DNA of 64,000 nt from NCBI RefSeq assembly GCF_018977255.1, contig NW_024704743.1, forward strand, positions 109,432,001 to 109,496,000, given 5' to 3'. The translations under genes were made by a program, and so were the position numbers. The DNA comes from Callorhinchus milii. Taxonomy: Eukaryota. This document shows, piece after piece, positions 23,230-35,023 of this stretch; the stretch's first letter is position 1; each line of letters begins with the position of its first letter. The notes below the pieces were generated by a model. It was not told the origin of the DNA, ran no database searches, and was given only the letters and a program-made list of their open reading frames with translations.

Positions 23230-23507
23230 TTCTCTTTGACCGTGCCTTCAGCTCCCCTCTCGACTCTCTTCCTCCTCCTCGCTCCCTCCCTTCCCTCCCC
23301 TCACCCTGACCATTTCCCCCCTCCTCTCTCCCTCCCTTCCCTCCCCTCACCCTGACCATTTCCCCCCTCCTCTCTCCCTCCCTTCCCTCCCCTCACCCTG
23401 ACCATTTCCCCCCTGCTCGGGTCATGACCCAACTGTGCAGCGCCTTGGGACGTCCTCCTGACGTGAAAGGCGCTCTATAAATGGAATCTTGTTGTTGTTG
23501 TTGTTGT
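23230..23507 (+). mobile_element. Young L2 3' end, 5'-truncated
   Basis: Near-identical to the reverse complement of 23911-24180; stem-loop GCGCCTT-ACGTCCTCCTGACGT-AAGGCGC and (TTG)n tail. Confidence 0.95.
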
Positions 23508-23912
23508 AATGGCAGCAGCAGCTACAAGCCGCTTGCAGATTAACATGTCTGGGCAGTTACAGGTGCACTCCACTGGAGGGCAGCAAATGTTCACTCTGCG
23601 GTTGGACAGTACAATTTACAGTCACTCCGCTCTTTCACAACTGGAACGCTTCCCAAACTAAATTCCCAGTGCTAGATAAGCAACCGAGCTGGGGGTGGAA
23701 GCCAGAAGAATGATGAACAAAAGCGCAGTCAAAGATGTACACTTTGAGACTTGAGATGTGGGCTTGAAAACATGAAGCGCAGGACCCAGGGATAGAGTTC
23801 CAGAGAGCAAGAGCAGAATAGCTGAAAGCCTGTCTGCTGATGGTGGGGCGGGCTTCCAAGCAGAAGCCATATTCCTTCGCTCCGTTCAACACCATTTCAT
23901 CTGCAGCTCTCA

Positions 23913-26900
23913 ACAACAACAACAAGATTCCATTTATAAAGCGCCTTTCACGTCAGGAGGACGTCCCAAGGCGCTGCACAGTTGGGTCATGACCCGAGCA
24001 GGGGGGAAATGGTCAGGGTGAGGGGAGGGAAGGGAGGGAGCGAGGAGGGGGGAAATGGTCAGGGTGAGGGAAGGGAGGGAGCAAGGAGGGGGAAATGGTC
24101 AGGGTGAGGGGAGGGAAGGGAGGGAGCGAGGAGGGGGAAGAGAGTCGAGAGGGGAGCTGAAGGCACGGTCAAAGAGAAAGGTTTTGAGACCGGCCTTGAA
24201 GGAGGAAAGGGAGGAAGCAAGGCGAAGGCACTGGGGGATGGAGTTCCAGAGCCTGGGGCTGAGAGGCTGAAGGCCCGACCACCGATGGTAGGGCGGTTGG
24301 GGCGGGGGACGTGGAGCAGACCGGAGCCAGAGGAACGGAGGGTACGGGCAGGTAGGTAGGGGGATAGTAGGTTGGAGAGGTAGGAGGGAGCAAGGCCGTG
24401 AATGGCCTTGTAGGTGAGGATGAGGATCTTGAAATCAATCCTCTGGGGGATGGGGAGCCAGTGGAGGCGAGCGAGGGTGGGAGTGATGTGGTCCCGAAGC
24501 CTGGTGCGGGACAGTACACGAGCTGCAGAGTTCTGAATGACCTGCAGCTTGTGGAGGGAGGTGGCGGGAAGGCCGGCGAGGAGAGAGTTCCCATAGTCCA
24601 GCCTTGAGGTGACAAAGGCGTGGACCAGGGTTTCAGCAGCGTGAGGGGTGAGGTAGTGCCGTAGTCTGGCGATGTTCCGGAGGTGATGGAAGGCGGTGCC
24701 AGTTGTGGTGCGGATGTGAGGGAGAAAGGACAGCTCAGGGTCGAACAAAACGCCGAGGTTCCTGACTGGCTTTGAGAGGTGGAGAGTGCAGCCTTGGATG
24801 CTGATGGTGTCAGCGCCTGAGGTGCGGAGGCGCTGACGTGAGCCAATCAGGAGGGCCTCGGTTTTTCGCACGTTGAGCTGAAGAAAGTTGTCTCTCGTCC
24901 AGGACTCGATGTCGGACAGGCAGGCTGTCAGGACATCGGTGGTCGTGGAGTTGAGAGTAGAGGAGGAAAGGTAGAGTTGGGTGTCATCCGCATACATGTG
25001 GAAGTTAACCCCATGTCTGCGGATGATGTCACCGAGGGGGAGCATATAGAGGGTGAAGAGGAGGGGACCGAGGACAGAGCCCTGAGGGACACCACATGAG
25101 ACAGTACGGGGGGTGGAGGAGAAGCCATTCGTTGAGACAAAGTGAAGACGGTGAGAAAGGTACGACCTAAACCATTCAAGGACAGTGCCTTGAAGGTTGA
25201 GGTGGGAGGACAAGCGGTGGAGTAGGATAGCGTGGTCGACCGTATCGAATGCTGCCGATAGGTCGAGGAGGACGAGGAGACAGAGGGAGCCCTGGTCACA
25301 GATGGTCAGGATATCATTGGTGACCTTGACCAGGGCAGTTTCTGTGCTATGGGCAGCACGGAAACCTGACTGAAGGGGTTCAAAAAGAGAATGGGTGGAA
25401 AGGAAAGAGCGCAGTTGGGAGGCGACAACTCTTTCCAAGACCTTGGAGAGAAAGGGGAGGTTGGAGATGGGCCGGTAGCTTGATAGCTGCGACGCATCAA
25501 GGGAGGGTTTTTTCAGGGTGGGCGTGATGATGGCAGTTTTTAATGGAATGGGGACAGAGCCAGAGGAGAGGGACAGGTTGATGATGTCAGTGATATGTGG
25601 GGCAAGAAAGTGGAGCTGGGAGATAAGGAGTGGAGTGGGGATGGGGTCAAGGGAGCAGGTGGTTGGTTTTAGGGATAGGATGAGTTCAGTGACAGAGGGT
25701 GGGGAAACGGGTACGAAGGTGTGTAGGGGAGGATGGGTAGGAGTCGGAGTGTGGGAGGGAAGGGGTGGGTGGTGGGTGGAAGTTGGAGGGGAAGTGACCG
25801 CGGAGCGGATTCCCTTGATCTTGGATTCAAGGAAATCCAGCATCTCCTCGCAGTGAAGGTTGGAGGAGATGACCTGCGCGGGGTGGCGGGGGGACGGAGG
25901 AGTCGGGTTGTGGTGGAAAACAGTAGCCTGGGGTTGTTCTTCGCCTCCAGGATTATCCTGGAGTAGAAGGACGACTTGGCCGAGGCTAGAGTGGAGCGGT
26001 AAATTTTGAGGAGGTCCAGCCAGATTTGTCGGTGGACCGTTAGGCCAGATTTGACACAGGTGCGTTCAGCAGCCCGCACCTGGCTTTTCAGTGAGCGGAG
26101 GTGGGTGGTGTACCAGGGGGAGGAGCGGGAGTAGGAGACAGTGCGGGAAGTGATGGGGGCAAGAGTATCGAGTGTGGAGGAGAGGGTATTGTGGAGGAGG
26201 GAGAGAGGAGAAGAGGGGTCGGTGAGGGTTGAAGGCCAGAGGGAGAGGAGTTCAGAGGACTCCAAGGCATCGGTTAGGGATTGTGGGGGTAACTTCTTCC
26301 AAGGGCGGTAGAAGATGGTGGTGGGTCTGGTGGAGGTGGGGAGGGGGGTGGAGGTGGTGAAGGAGATGAAGTAGTGGTCAGAGATGGCCTTGTCGGTAAT
26401 AGTGACATCCGAGACACTGAGGCCCCGGGTGATCACCAAATCGAGTGGGTGGCCGTGACTGTGAGTGGGGGAGTTTATGTGTAGGGAGAGGTTGAGTGAG
26501 GAGAGCAGGGAAGAGAAGTCTGTGGAGATGGAGCAGGAGGGGGTGAAGTGTAGGTTAAAGTCGCCCAGGATGATGAGGCGATCGGAGCAGAGGCAAAGAG
26601 ATGTGAGGAGTGTTGAAATGTCAGAGATGAAGGTGGGAGAGGTTTTAGGGGGCCGGTAGAGGAGGAGGATTTTAAGGGAGAGGAATGAGGGGTGGGAGAG
26701 GGTGAGGTGCTCAAAGGAGGGGAAAGAGCCAGTGGAGTAGGGGGATAGGGCAAGTGGTGTCCTTGAGATAAGGGCAACACCACCGCCACGGCGGTTGGGG
26801 CGGGGGATGTGGTGGGAGGTGTAGCCGGGTGGCGTGGCCTCCGTGAGGGGGAAGGTGTCGCCTGGGGTGAGCCACGTTTCTGTCAAGGCCATGATATCAA

Positions 26901-27345
26901 CGTTCTCATCAAGGATGAGATCGTTGATGACCAGGGCCTTGTTGCAGAGGGAGCGGACATTTTGCAGTCCGATGTGGAGGGAGCGGTTGACAGAAGGGTG
27001 TGTGGGAGGGGAGGGGGGTCCAGGTTGTGAGGCAGGGGTGGGGGAGATGGGGATGAGGGAGGAGAGGTTGACTCCCCGGGTCTGTGTCCGGGGTGGGTGG
27101 CGAGTGTGGTGGGGAATGGGGCAGTCGGTGTGGCTGCTGCTGGACAGCCAACGCCGAGTGCCACGGTGAGCCCGGCGGAGGATTCCCAGGCTGGAGCAGA
27201 GGGAGGTTGTGGGAGGGTCAAGTGGGGATAGAAGACGAGAGGGACGGAGAGAGAGGAGGAGAGAGCGGGAGAGATGCAGAGGGGGGAGGGTTTGGGGGTA
27301 GAGAGGAGGGGGGCGGGAGGGAGGGGGTGAGGGGGCTCGGGTCAA
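23913..27345 (-). mobile_element. Near-intact L2-clade LINE (APE endonuclease plus RT, single ORF)
   Basis: EN motifs LQNVRSL, ALTETWL, GGGVA, LGDFN, LDLV, SDHY; RT motifs [38 protein letters not shown]; (TTG)n tail; TSD AGCTCTCA (23905-23912, 27346-27353). Confidence 0.97.
24099..27345 (-). pseudogene. L2 EN-RT ORF (~1080 codons) broken by two 1-bp frameshifts
   Basis: EN frame (ORF 25669-27360) shifts to the RT frame near 25880; second shift near 24255; restored stop TGA at 24101-24099. Confidence 0.85.
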
Positions 27346-28224
27346 AGCTCTCACCTGCATAACCTCCCCAGTCTATCCCTCAGACTTACACGGTGCTCCC
27401 TGAGCAAAGAGAGCTGCTGGGTGGGCAGTTTACGTTATCATTTCAAACCACCGTGAGTTTGTTGGATACACAATAATCCTTCCATTTGATGTTGCAACGA
27501 TTCATGTTGTTGAGACATCAAAATGTTTCACAGGATTTCATTGCAAAGCTGAGGTACTGGACTACCGAGACCACCGCAGGGGTTGGCTCAATCCTAATAT
27601 TCCATTGCCAACCCCCCACTCTCTCCCTCCATGTGAGCTACCTAATCTAATCCCGATCTCCGGCTCTCCACCCCCCATTGCTATTTAATAACAAGCTCCA
27701 GGACTCTACCTCACGTGAAGGGCGCTGTATAAATGCAAGTTATTTTTGTTGTTAATATTCCTCCCCTTCAAAAGTCATCAACTCCTATTGAAAACCTATG
27801 GGTTCTGTTTCACCGCCAGTAGGAGTTGTGGTACTGCATCTAATGGTAGTTATCCACTAGAAGGAGTTGCGTACTCAGAAAGAGCTGCACTGTAATAACA
27901 GGGTGGGCTGCAGTAAGTCACTACCACTTGAGTGCACTGTTGGGCTTTTAAGAGCATCAGGATTTACTGATCGATGCACTAACCTGAGAATGATTCCTGT
28001 TTAGGCATTTAAGGCTTTAGCGTCACTCACATCTGGAAAGGAGTTGTCAGTGAAATAGCAAATTTGGCATTGCGCAGGCAGACCGTCCAGATAATCTGGC
28101 AGCACAGCCAAGCAGAACATCAATTTCCCTGCTCTCTGGACATAATTGGAAAAGTGGGTAACGCATAGGACTTCATTCAAAGCATGGAAATCGCCTTCCA
28201 GATGTTACCTCAGAGCATCGTGCC

Positions 28225-28665
28225 AATCTGGCTAAATTGATAGCTCTCTCGCCTCAGTATCAGAAGATTGTGAGTTCAAAGACTACATCAGGACTTTGAA
28301 CTCAAGATCTAAACTGACATTTGTATCCAATGCTGGGGGAGTGCTGCATTATTAGAGATTCTGTTCTTCAGATGAGAAGTTAAACTGAAGTCCCGTCTAC
28401 CTGTTCAGGTGAGCATTAAAGATCCTATGGCATGATTGGAGAAGAGGAGACAAATTCTCCTAGTGTCCTGGCCAACAATCTCCCAAATAAAATTGGTCAT
28501 TCACTTCATGGCTGTTTATGTGACATTGTCCGGTGCAAATTGGCTGTCGTGTTTGCCTGCAAAGTACACAGTCACTACACTTTACAGTAATTCCTGTGAA
28601 GCGCTTTAAGATGTCCTCCTTGACGTGAAAAGCACATTATCAAATACAAGGATTATTATTATAAT
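28225..28665 (+). mobile_element. SINE family B, near full length
   Basis: tRNA-like head, Deu body, GTGAAGCGCTTT stem-loop tail, (TTA)n. Confidence 0.85.
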
Positions 28666-29886
28666 TATTATTTATTGTCCTACTCGGCCTAGTCTGTGTG
28701 ACAATGGAGCCAAAAGGAGTGGACGTGAGAATACAGTCGAGTATGTATACTGAGCAGAAAACCTTAAATGAGGCAGATATGTTTAATCTCCCTCTCTGAC
28801 TGCAACAACTCCCTAAAAACACGAACCCTGGCTGTTTATCCCTAACCCAGCAAATTTAGCACTGATGGGGATTCACACAATCAATGTATTCGATGCTCCT
28901 GACACGTAAATTGCCCCGCCCCCACTGCCCGCAATGTAATTTCTGTATGTAGTTCCCACAAAATATTGAAGTTAGGAGACATCTATTTTATGTGTGTTAT
29001 TGGCAGATTGAGTTAACTGCTTTCAAATTTCCAAATTTCAATAACATTCATAAGCACAAAAATACATTAAATGGAATTACCTGTGAGACCACTTAATCTG
29101 ATTCCACCACTAGAGCAGTTCATCTCCGCTTTGAATATTTTACACTGGGAAGGAGCAATATTACATTTCAAAATTATTGCTTAATATAGAGTGTGAAAGG
29201 TGAACAAATTAAAGGATATTAAAGAATTGGATCCTTATAATAGTAATAATCCATGCATTTGATAGAGTGTCTTATGTCAGGATCTACTGTGGAAGTGTAT
29301 ATTTTATAGGTGTAGCTAATTTCTTTTCTAATTATCCCCACTGATGTGTTCCTCTGCTCCTGGTATGGTCTCCTCTTGCTAACTCTAACCCTAACTTCTC
29401 TGCACAACCTTCTGACTCAGAGTTGAGGTGCTACCAACTGAGCCAGGATGAAGCAGATGTTACACTTGCATCAGATTACGAATGGCCTTTAGTTTACAAG
29501 GGCATTCTCTGTTCTGCATTGTTGGCACACATATGGTCTCTGAACAGTGTCAATGCATCAGGGCTTTTCATCAGATTGCGAAGAGAAACAGAAACCTGAT
29601 ACGCATAATGTACATCGTTATTTAAATTCCACCCGGTGATGCATAATGTTCACCACACTCAGCTCAGTGGGCTGAAGCGAGGTGGTGATTTTATACTGAA
29701 AAGTATTGCAGAATGTGAATGAATATTACTATTTGGCAGCCAGGGTGTTTTGTGTGTGTTTCACATTAAAAAGAGCTGGATATCAGGGTGGAGAGAAAGA
29801 AGTTTCTCTGACCACGGAAATTGGTAAAATTGATATACTTGGTCATTCATTTTGTGCCTGTTTGTGGGACATTGCTGTCTGTACAC

Positions 29887-30117
29887 CAGGGGTCTCTAAC
29901 CGGTCAATCGCGCATTATAAAAAAGACAAGAGGTAGGAGCAATAGGACTGCATAGTTATTGAGTCCAATTGAAAACAAAGCCAGATGCACAAAGTATTTA
30001 TACATCTCAAAATAATAATAAAACTGAGGTAAATATCGTTCCTCCTTCTTCCTTCCTCTTTTTATGGAGCATTCTCGAGAACCCACCTATGGGCAATTGA
30101 TTGGTTAGAGACACCTG
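29887..30117. mobile_element. Non-autonomous hAT DNA transposon (MITE) nested in a SINE
   Basis: TIRs CAGGGGTCTCTAACC / GGTTAGAGACACCTG; perfect 8-bp TSD CTGTACAC (29879-29886, 30118-30125). Confidence 0.9.
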
Positions 30118-30264
30118 CTGTACACACATCTGCTGCCATGTTGAGCTACACTATCTTATCCTCGCAATATCCTGTGAAGTACTTTGAGTCATCCTCTTGA
30201 CTTGAAGGGCGCTATATCAAATACAAGGATAATAGAATTTTTTTTATCTGGTTGGGGATACAGA

Positions 30265-30560
30265 AAAGATGTCTGGGACAGGAAAAATAAACCCACAACA
30301 ATACTTTAGGATATGCCAAGATGGTAGAACAAAAGGATGTAGGTTTAGAGATGCAAAGGGCAATTTTAGGGCAGACAGCAGGAAGGTTTTAGTTACCCAG
30401 AAGGTAATTAATGACTGGAACAAGTTACCGAAAGGGTGGTTGAGGCCAGGTCACTGGACTCATTTATTTTTTAAAAAGCAATGAGATGTGCTGAGTGGGT
30501 GGGTATTTGGGAAAAATGAAATTAAGTGGGCTGAAGAGACTTCATCAAAAAACTATCTTG
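30265..30560 (+). mobile_element. CR1 LINE 3' fragment
   Basis: Translates ..RTKGCRF..KGNFRADSRK..TQKVINDWNKLP, a CR1 ORF2 C-terminus. Confidence 0.75.
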
Positions 30561-30891
30561 TGACATTGTGGTATTTTAAGTATTATTCAAATAATGTAGA
30601 GGGTGACAATAACCAAGCCTAACTTGCCTCCACATGGCTGTCACACATACAAACAACCAGTAGAGGATGTTGAAGAGGGAACTAGTTTGGAAACTCTTAA
30701 GCAGGTGATTGGTATCTACATGCATCAGAAACCAGACTGGCCAAAAAGAAGTCCTTAATACCCCTTATCCTCACTTCCCAATTATTCATTCGTCTCTGTT
30801 CAAAACATTCCAATGGAAAATGGGCACTTGGACAAGCTATGGGTGAGTGGAACCTGTAGAGCCAAGTAAGTAGTAAGAATCAATATCTGAA

Positions 30892-31172
30892 ATAATCATA
30901 ATAATCCTCGCATTTGATATAGCGCTTTTCACGTCTTCTAGACGTCCCAAAGCGCTTCACAGGATATACTGTAAAGTGAATTGACTGTATATTTGTAGGC
31001 GAACGCGGCAGCCAATTGCGCACAGCAATGTCCCACAAACAGTCATGGATTGAAAATGACCAATTTTTTATTATTGTTTTGTTTTTTGGAGGAATTATTA
31101 TTAGGCGTGTGGAATAAGGAAACTTGCCCAAGGTTTCGCCCTGTCTGGAAATGAACTCAGGTCTTTCGCTTG
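30892..31172 (-). mobile_element. SINE family A, short form, head truncated
   Basis: B-box onward present; intact 3' stem-loop. Confidence 0.9.
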
Positions 31173-31664
31173 AGGAGGAGGTAAGATATTCAGAAAAGAT
31201 GAAGAAAAAATATCTATAAAAAAAAATCCCGATTATCTTATTTGTTCGAATTTTTATTGGTGTGAAACCAATGGGCTGTGAGATTCTGTGAAGAAGACCT
31301 TTGCACTTGTGAGTTATGAGTTAATCTACTTTGTCTCAGAGCTTGCAAGTTCAGACCAACCAAGAGTGACTTTTATTTCAGCAAAACAGATTTGAAACTC
31401 GCTGAAATGAGTAGTGTTTTTTTTAGCCTTTGAGGCACAAGAAAGAGGTTGCATTTTTTTCCCCCAAATATAAATGAACATACATAAGTGAGACCTGATG
31501 GGTCTGTTGTATGTATTGATATCGAGTTCTGAGAGAAGGGTGGAGGGTGTCTAATGTGCACTGTTTTCTAATGCTAACTACTCTTTCAAACTGTTTATAA
31601 TGTGCAATAATATCATACAAATTACCGCCACATCTGGCACATCCAGTGAATGTGCTACCAACTA

Positions 31665-32020
31665 CCAACCGAGTAAGTTGTCAACCTTGAAGGTTTTGGA
31701 TTCAAGCCCCACATCAGGACTTTCAGTTCATACTCTACGCTAACACTCTATTGTAGTACTGGGGTTATGTCCTTTGAATGAGAGCTTAAACCGAGGCCCT
31801 ATCTACTTCTTTAGGTGAACGTTAAAAATCCCATGGCTCTATTCGAAAAGAGAAGTTTCTCCCAGTGTCCTAGCCAACAATCCCTCAGATAATAAAATTG
31901 ATTATTTACCTCATGGCTGTTTGTGGGACATTGCTGTGTGCAAATTGGTGGCTGTGTTTACTTACAGAAATGTTGTGAAGCGCTTAGAGATATTCAATAT
32001 GTGCTATTTCAAGGATTATT
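31665..32020 (+). mobile_element. SINE family B
   Basis: GATTCAAGCCCCACATCAGGAC head end; Deu body; tail. Confidence 0.8.
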
Positions 32021-32569
32021 ATAATATTGGTGCCATTGAAACCGACTATGCTCTAATCCCAATTGCACCCTTTTTCCCTGTATGATTTTACATTCTTTCT
32101 CCTCAGAAACTTATCCAATTCTGTTAGCAATTTGCGATCGCAAGCACTGATCATAAGGTGAGCAAACAGTGTACATTAGATCCTGTTATAAAGTACTGCT
32201 CCAATCAGAAGCTGCACTGTATCTACACATCTCAGTAACACTGCAAACCCTGTGCAGCATAAAAACATTAGTTGTGTTTCTCCTTTAGGTTTTACATCCA
32301 CACTTCCTTTGATTTACATTGTGTACTGTGATCTTTGAAGGGTAAAGTCACATCGAGAATGCAGCCACACAGAGGTCCCAATGGATCTTCATCAACTATC
32401 TGGTTATGTTATCATTTGCTATTCTCAGTGTTTAGCTTGTGCTCAGTTAAAGGTCGCAAAAAGGCCTTTTTATTCCTTTCACTGGGTATACTTGTATGGG
32501 CTAAAAACATGGACTGATATTTAGTAAACAGTGAAGCTTCATTGTCTCCAATCACTTAAAAATAGTAAT

Positions 32570-32920
32570 AATCCTTGCATTTGAGACTGTGTCTGAAACA
32601 TCAAAATACTTCAAAATTTCACAGGTGACTGTTATCACGTGTAGTAACTGTGTACACATAGGCACACGTGACAACTCATTTTGTGCACAAACAGTTACAA
32701 AGTGAATGACTAATATATTTGGAGGGTTGGTTGGCCAGGAAACAAGGGGAAATGCAATGCTCTTTCTGAATAGTGTTGAATCCTTAATATCCACTTGAAC
32801 AATCTGGCAAAACTTCCATTTCATCTTTTCAACTGAAGAATGGGCATTCAAACAATTTAGAGGTCCCCGACAATGCACCTCTCCTCCAGCACTGTCCTGA
32901 AGTGGTCAGCCTAATCTCTA
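32570..32920 (-). mobile_element. SINE family B, degenerate
   Basis: aatccttgcatttga tail and Deu body in reverse. Confidence 0.65.
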
Positions 32921-33767
32921 AGCATGTAGTCTCTTGGGTTGAGTACCATTTGTCTATGGATCCATACTCAAGCACGAGTGAGGATGGGAAGGTTAAGGGG
33001 AGAAAATCAGGGCAGAAAAAGCAATAGTATAGGTCAAGGCCAGTCAAGTCTCCATCCTCTCTCCAAAGCAACATCCTAGATATTGTGTGTGTGTGTGTCG
33101 GGGGGGAGGGTGGGGGGCAGGTGGGATATGGTCAACCCACTGGCCTCCTTATCCCAAACACATAATGCATGTAGTAAATCCACAAGGGGGGAAATGTATG
33201 ATTGAACCCATTGATATATATTTTTAAAAATTCTCTTTTCAGCCCAAGTCTTGAGTTGAACGTGGAGGAGAAACTCCATTCTCCTCCATCAAAGGATTTA
33301 ACTATTTATTAGGGATATGACAAAGTCTGCTCTGAAGGAAGAGTGGATAATACAGAAAAGATAATTTGAGTCATCTATCAATTCTCTCTCTGGTATAAAA
33401 GCCTATCTAATCCCATTTTTCCTGTTCAGGGGATAGGTTTTCCATACTTTTGACCCTCCTGATTTAATTTAAGGGCACTGAGATACTTGTCATCCAGGAT
33501 ATAAAAAAGTAATTGAAGCCATTTGTTTTCCACTCTTGAATATTTTTTGAGAAGAAGGAAACTTCAGCAAACACAGGGATGGGGACTTTCCTCTTCAACC
33601 AGTTATTAAACACAAGCTAAGCAGGAGGAATTTGCGCAGCTATCCTTAGAACTGAAACGGTAACAAGCTGAACCTCTGGGTCAGAAGGTTGAGAGTTTAA
33701 ATGTCACATTAAACCTTGCATTGCTACCCGGGGTCAGAGGTGGGAGGGTGGAAACATTGTGTACAGG

Positions 33768-34898
33768 CAACAACAACAACAAGATTCCATTTATAGAGCA
33801 CCTTTCACGTCGGGAGGACGTCCCAAGGCGCTGTACAGTTGGGTCAGGACCCGAGCAGAGGGGAAATGGTCAGGGTGAGGGGAGGTAAGGGAGGGAGCGA
33901 GGAGGGGGTAGAGAGTTGAGAGGGGAGCGGAAGGCATGGTCAAAGAGAAAGGTCTTGAGACCGGCCTTGACGGAGGAAAGGGAGGAGGCATGGCGAAGGC
34001 ACTGGGGGATAGAGTTCCAGAGCCTAGGGGCTGAGAGGCTGAAGGACCGGCCACCGATGGTAGGGAGGTTGGGGTTGGTGGTGTGGAGCAGACCGGAGCC
34101 AGAGGAACGGAGGGTACGGGCAGGTAGGTAGGGAATAGTAGGTCAGAGAGGTAGGAGGGAACAAGGCCGTGAATGGCCTTGTAGGTGAGGATGAGGATCT
34201 TGAATTCGATCCTCTGGGGGATGGGGAGCCAGTGGAGGCGAGCGAGGGTGGGAGTGATGTGGTCCCGAAGCCTGGTGCGGGATAGTACACGAGCTGCAGA
34301 GTTCTGAATGACCTGCAGCTTGTGGAGGGAGGTGGCGGGAAGGCCGGCGAGGAGAGAGTTCCCATAGTCCAGCCTTGAGGTGATAAAGGCGTGGACCAGA
34401 GTTTCAGCAGCGTGAGGGGTGAGGTAGAGCTGTAGTCTGGCGATGTTTCGGAGGTGATGGAAGGCGGTACCAGTTGTGGTGCGGATACGAGGAAGAAAGG
34501 ACAGCTCAGGGTCGAACAGAACACCGAGGTTCCTGACTGACTTTGAGAGGTGGAGAGTGCAGCCTTGGATGCTGATGCTGTCAGCGCCTGAGGTGCGGAG
34601 GCGCTGACGTGAGCCATTCAGGAGGGCCTCAGTTTTACGCACGTTGAGCTGAAGAAAGTTGTCTCTCGTCCAGGACTCGATGTCGGACAGGCAGGCTGTC
34701 AGGACATCGGTGGTCGTGGAGTTGAGGATAGAGGAGGAAAGGTAGAGTTGGGTGTCATCCGCATACATGTGGAAGTTAACCCATGTCTGCGGATGATGTC
34801 ACCAAGGGGGAGCATATAGAGGGTGAAGAGGAAGGGACCGAGGACAGAGCCCTGAGGGACACCGCACGAGACAGTGCGGGGGCTGGAGGAAGAGCCGT
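33768..34898 (-). mobile_element. L2, 5'-truncated, same subfamily as 23913-27345
   Basis: GVPQGS/YADD through C-terminus, near-identical to the long copy; (TTG)n tail. Confidence 0.96.
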
Positions 34899-35023
34899 AT
34901 CATTGGACGAGATATCAAACCAAGATTCTGTCTGCTTTTCCTTAGATGGATGTTAAAGACACTATTGGAAAAGAGAAGGAAATTTCTCCTGGTGTCTTGC
35001 TCAGGCTGGCTGTGCTGTCATCA

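Noticed and set aside
24169..27362. Many alternative-frame and antisense ORFs inside the L2
   Set aside because: Expected from the strongly C-rich, stop-poor composition of the L2 sense strand
27779..27828. 12-bp stem CAACTCCTATTG/CAGTAGGAGTTG
   Set aside because: Short with an irregular interior; compatible with chance or decayed MITE
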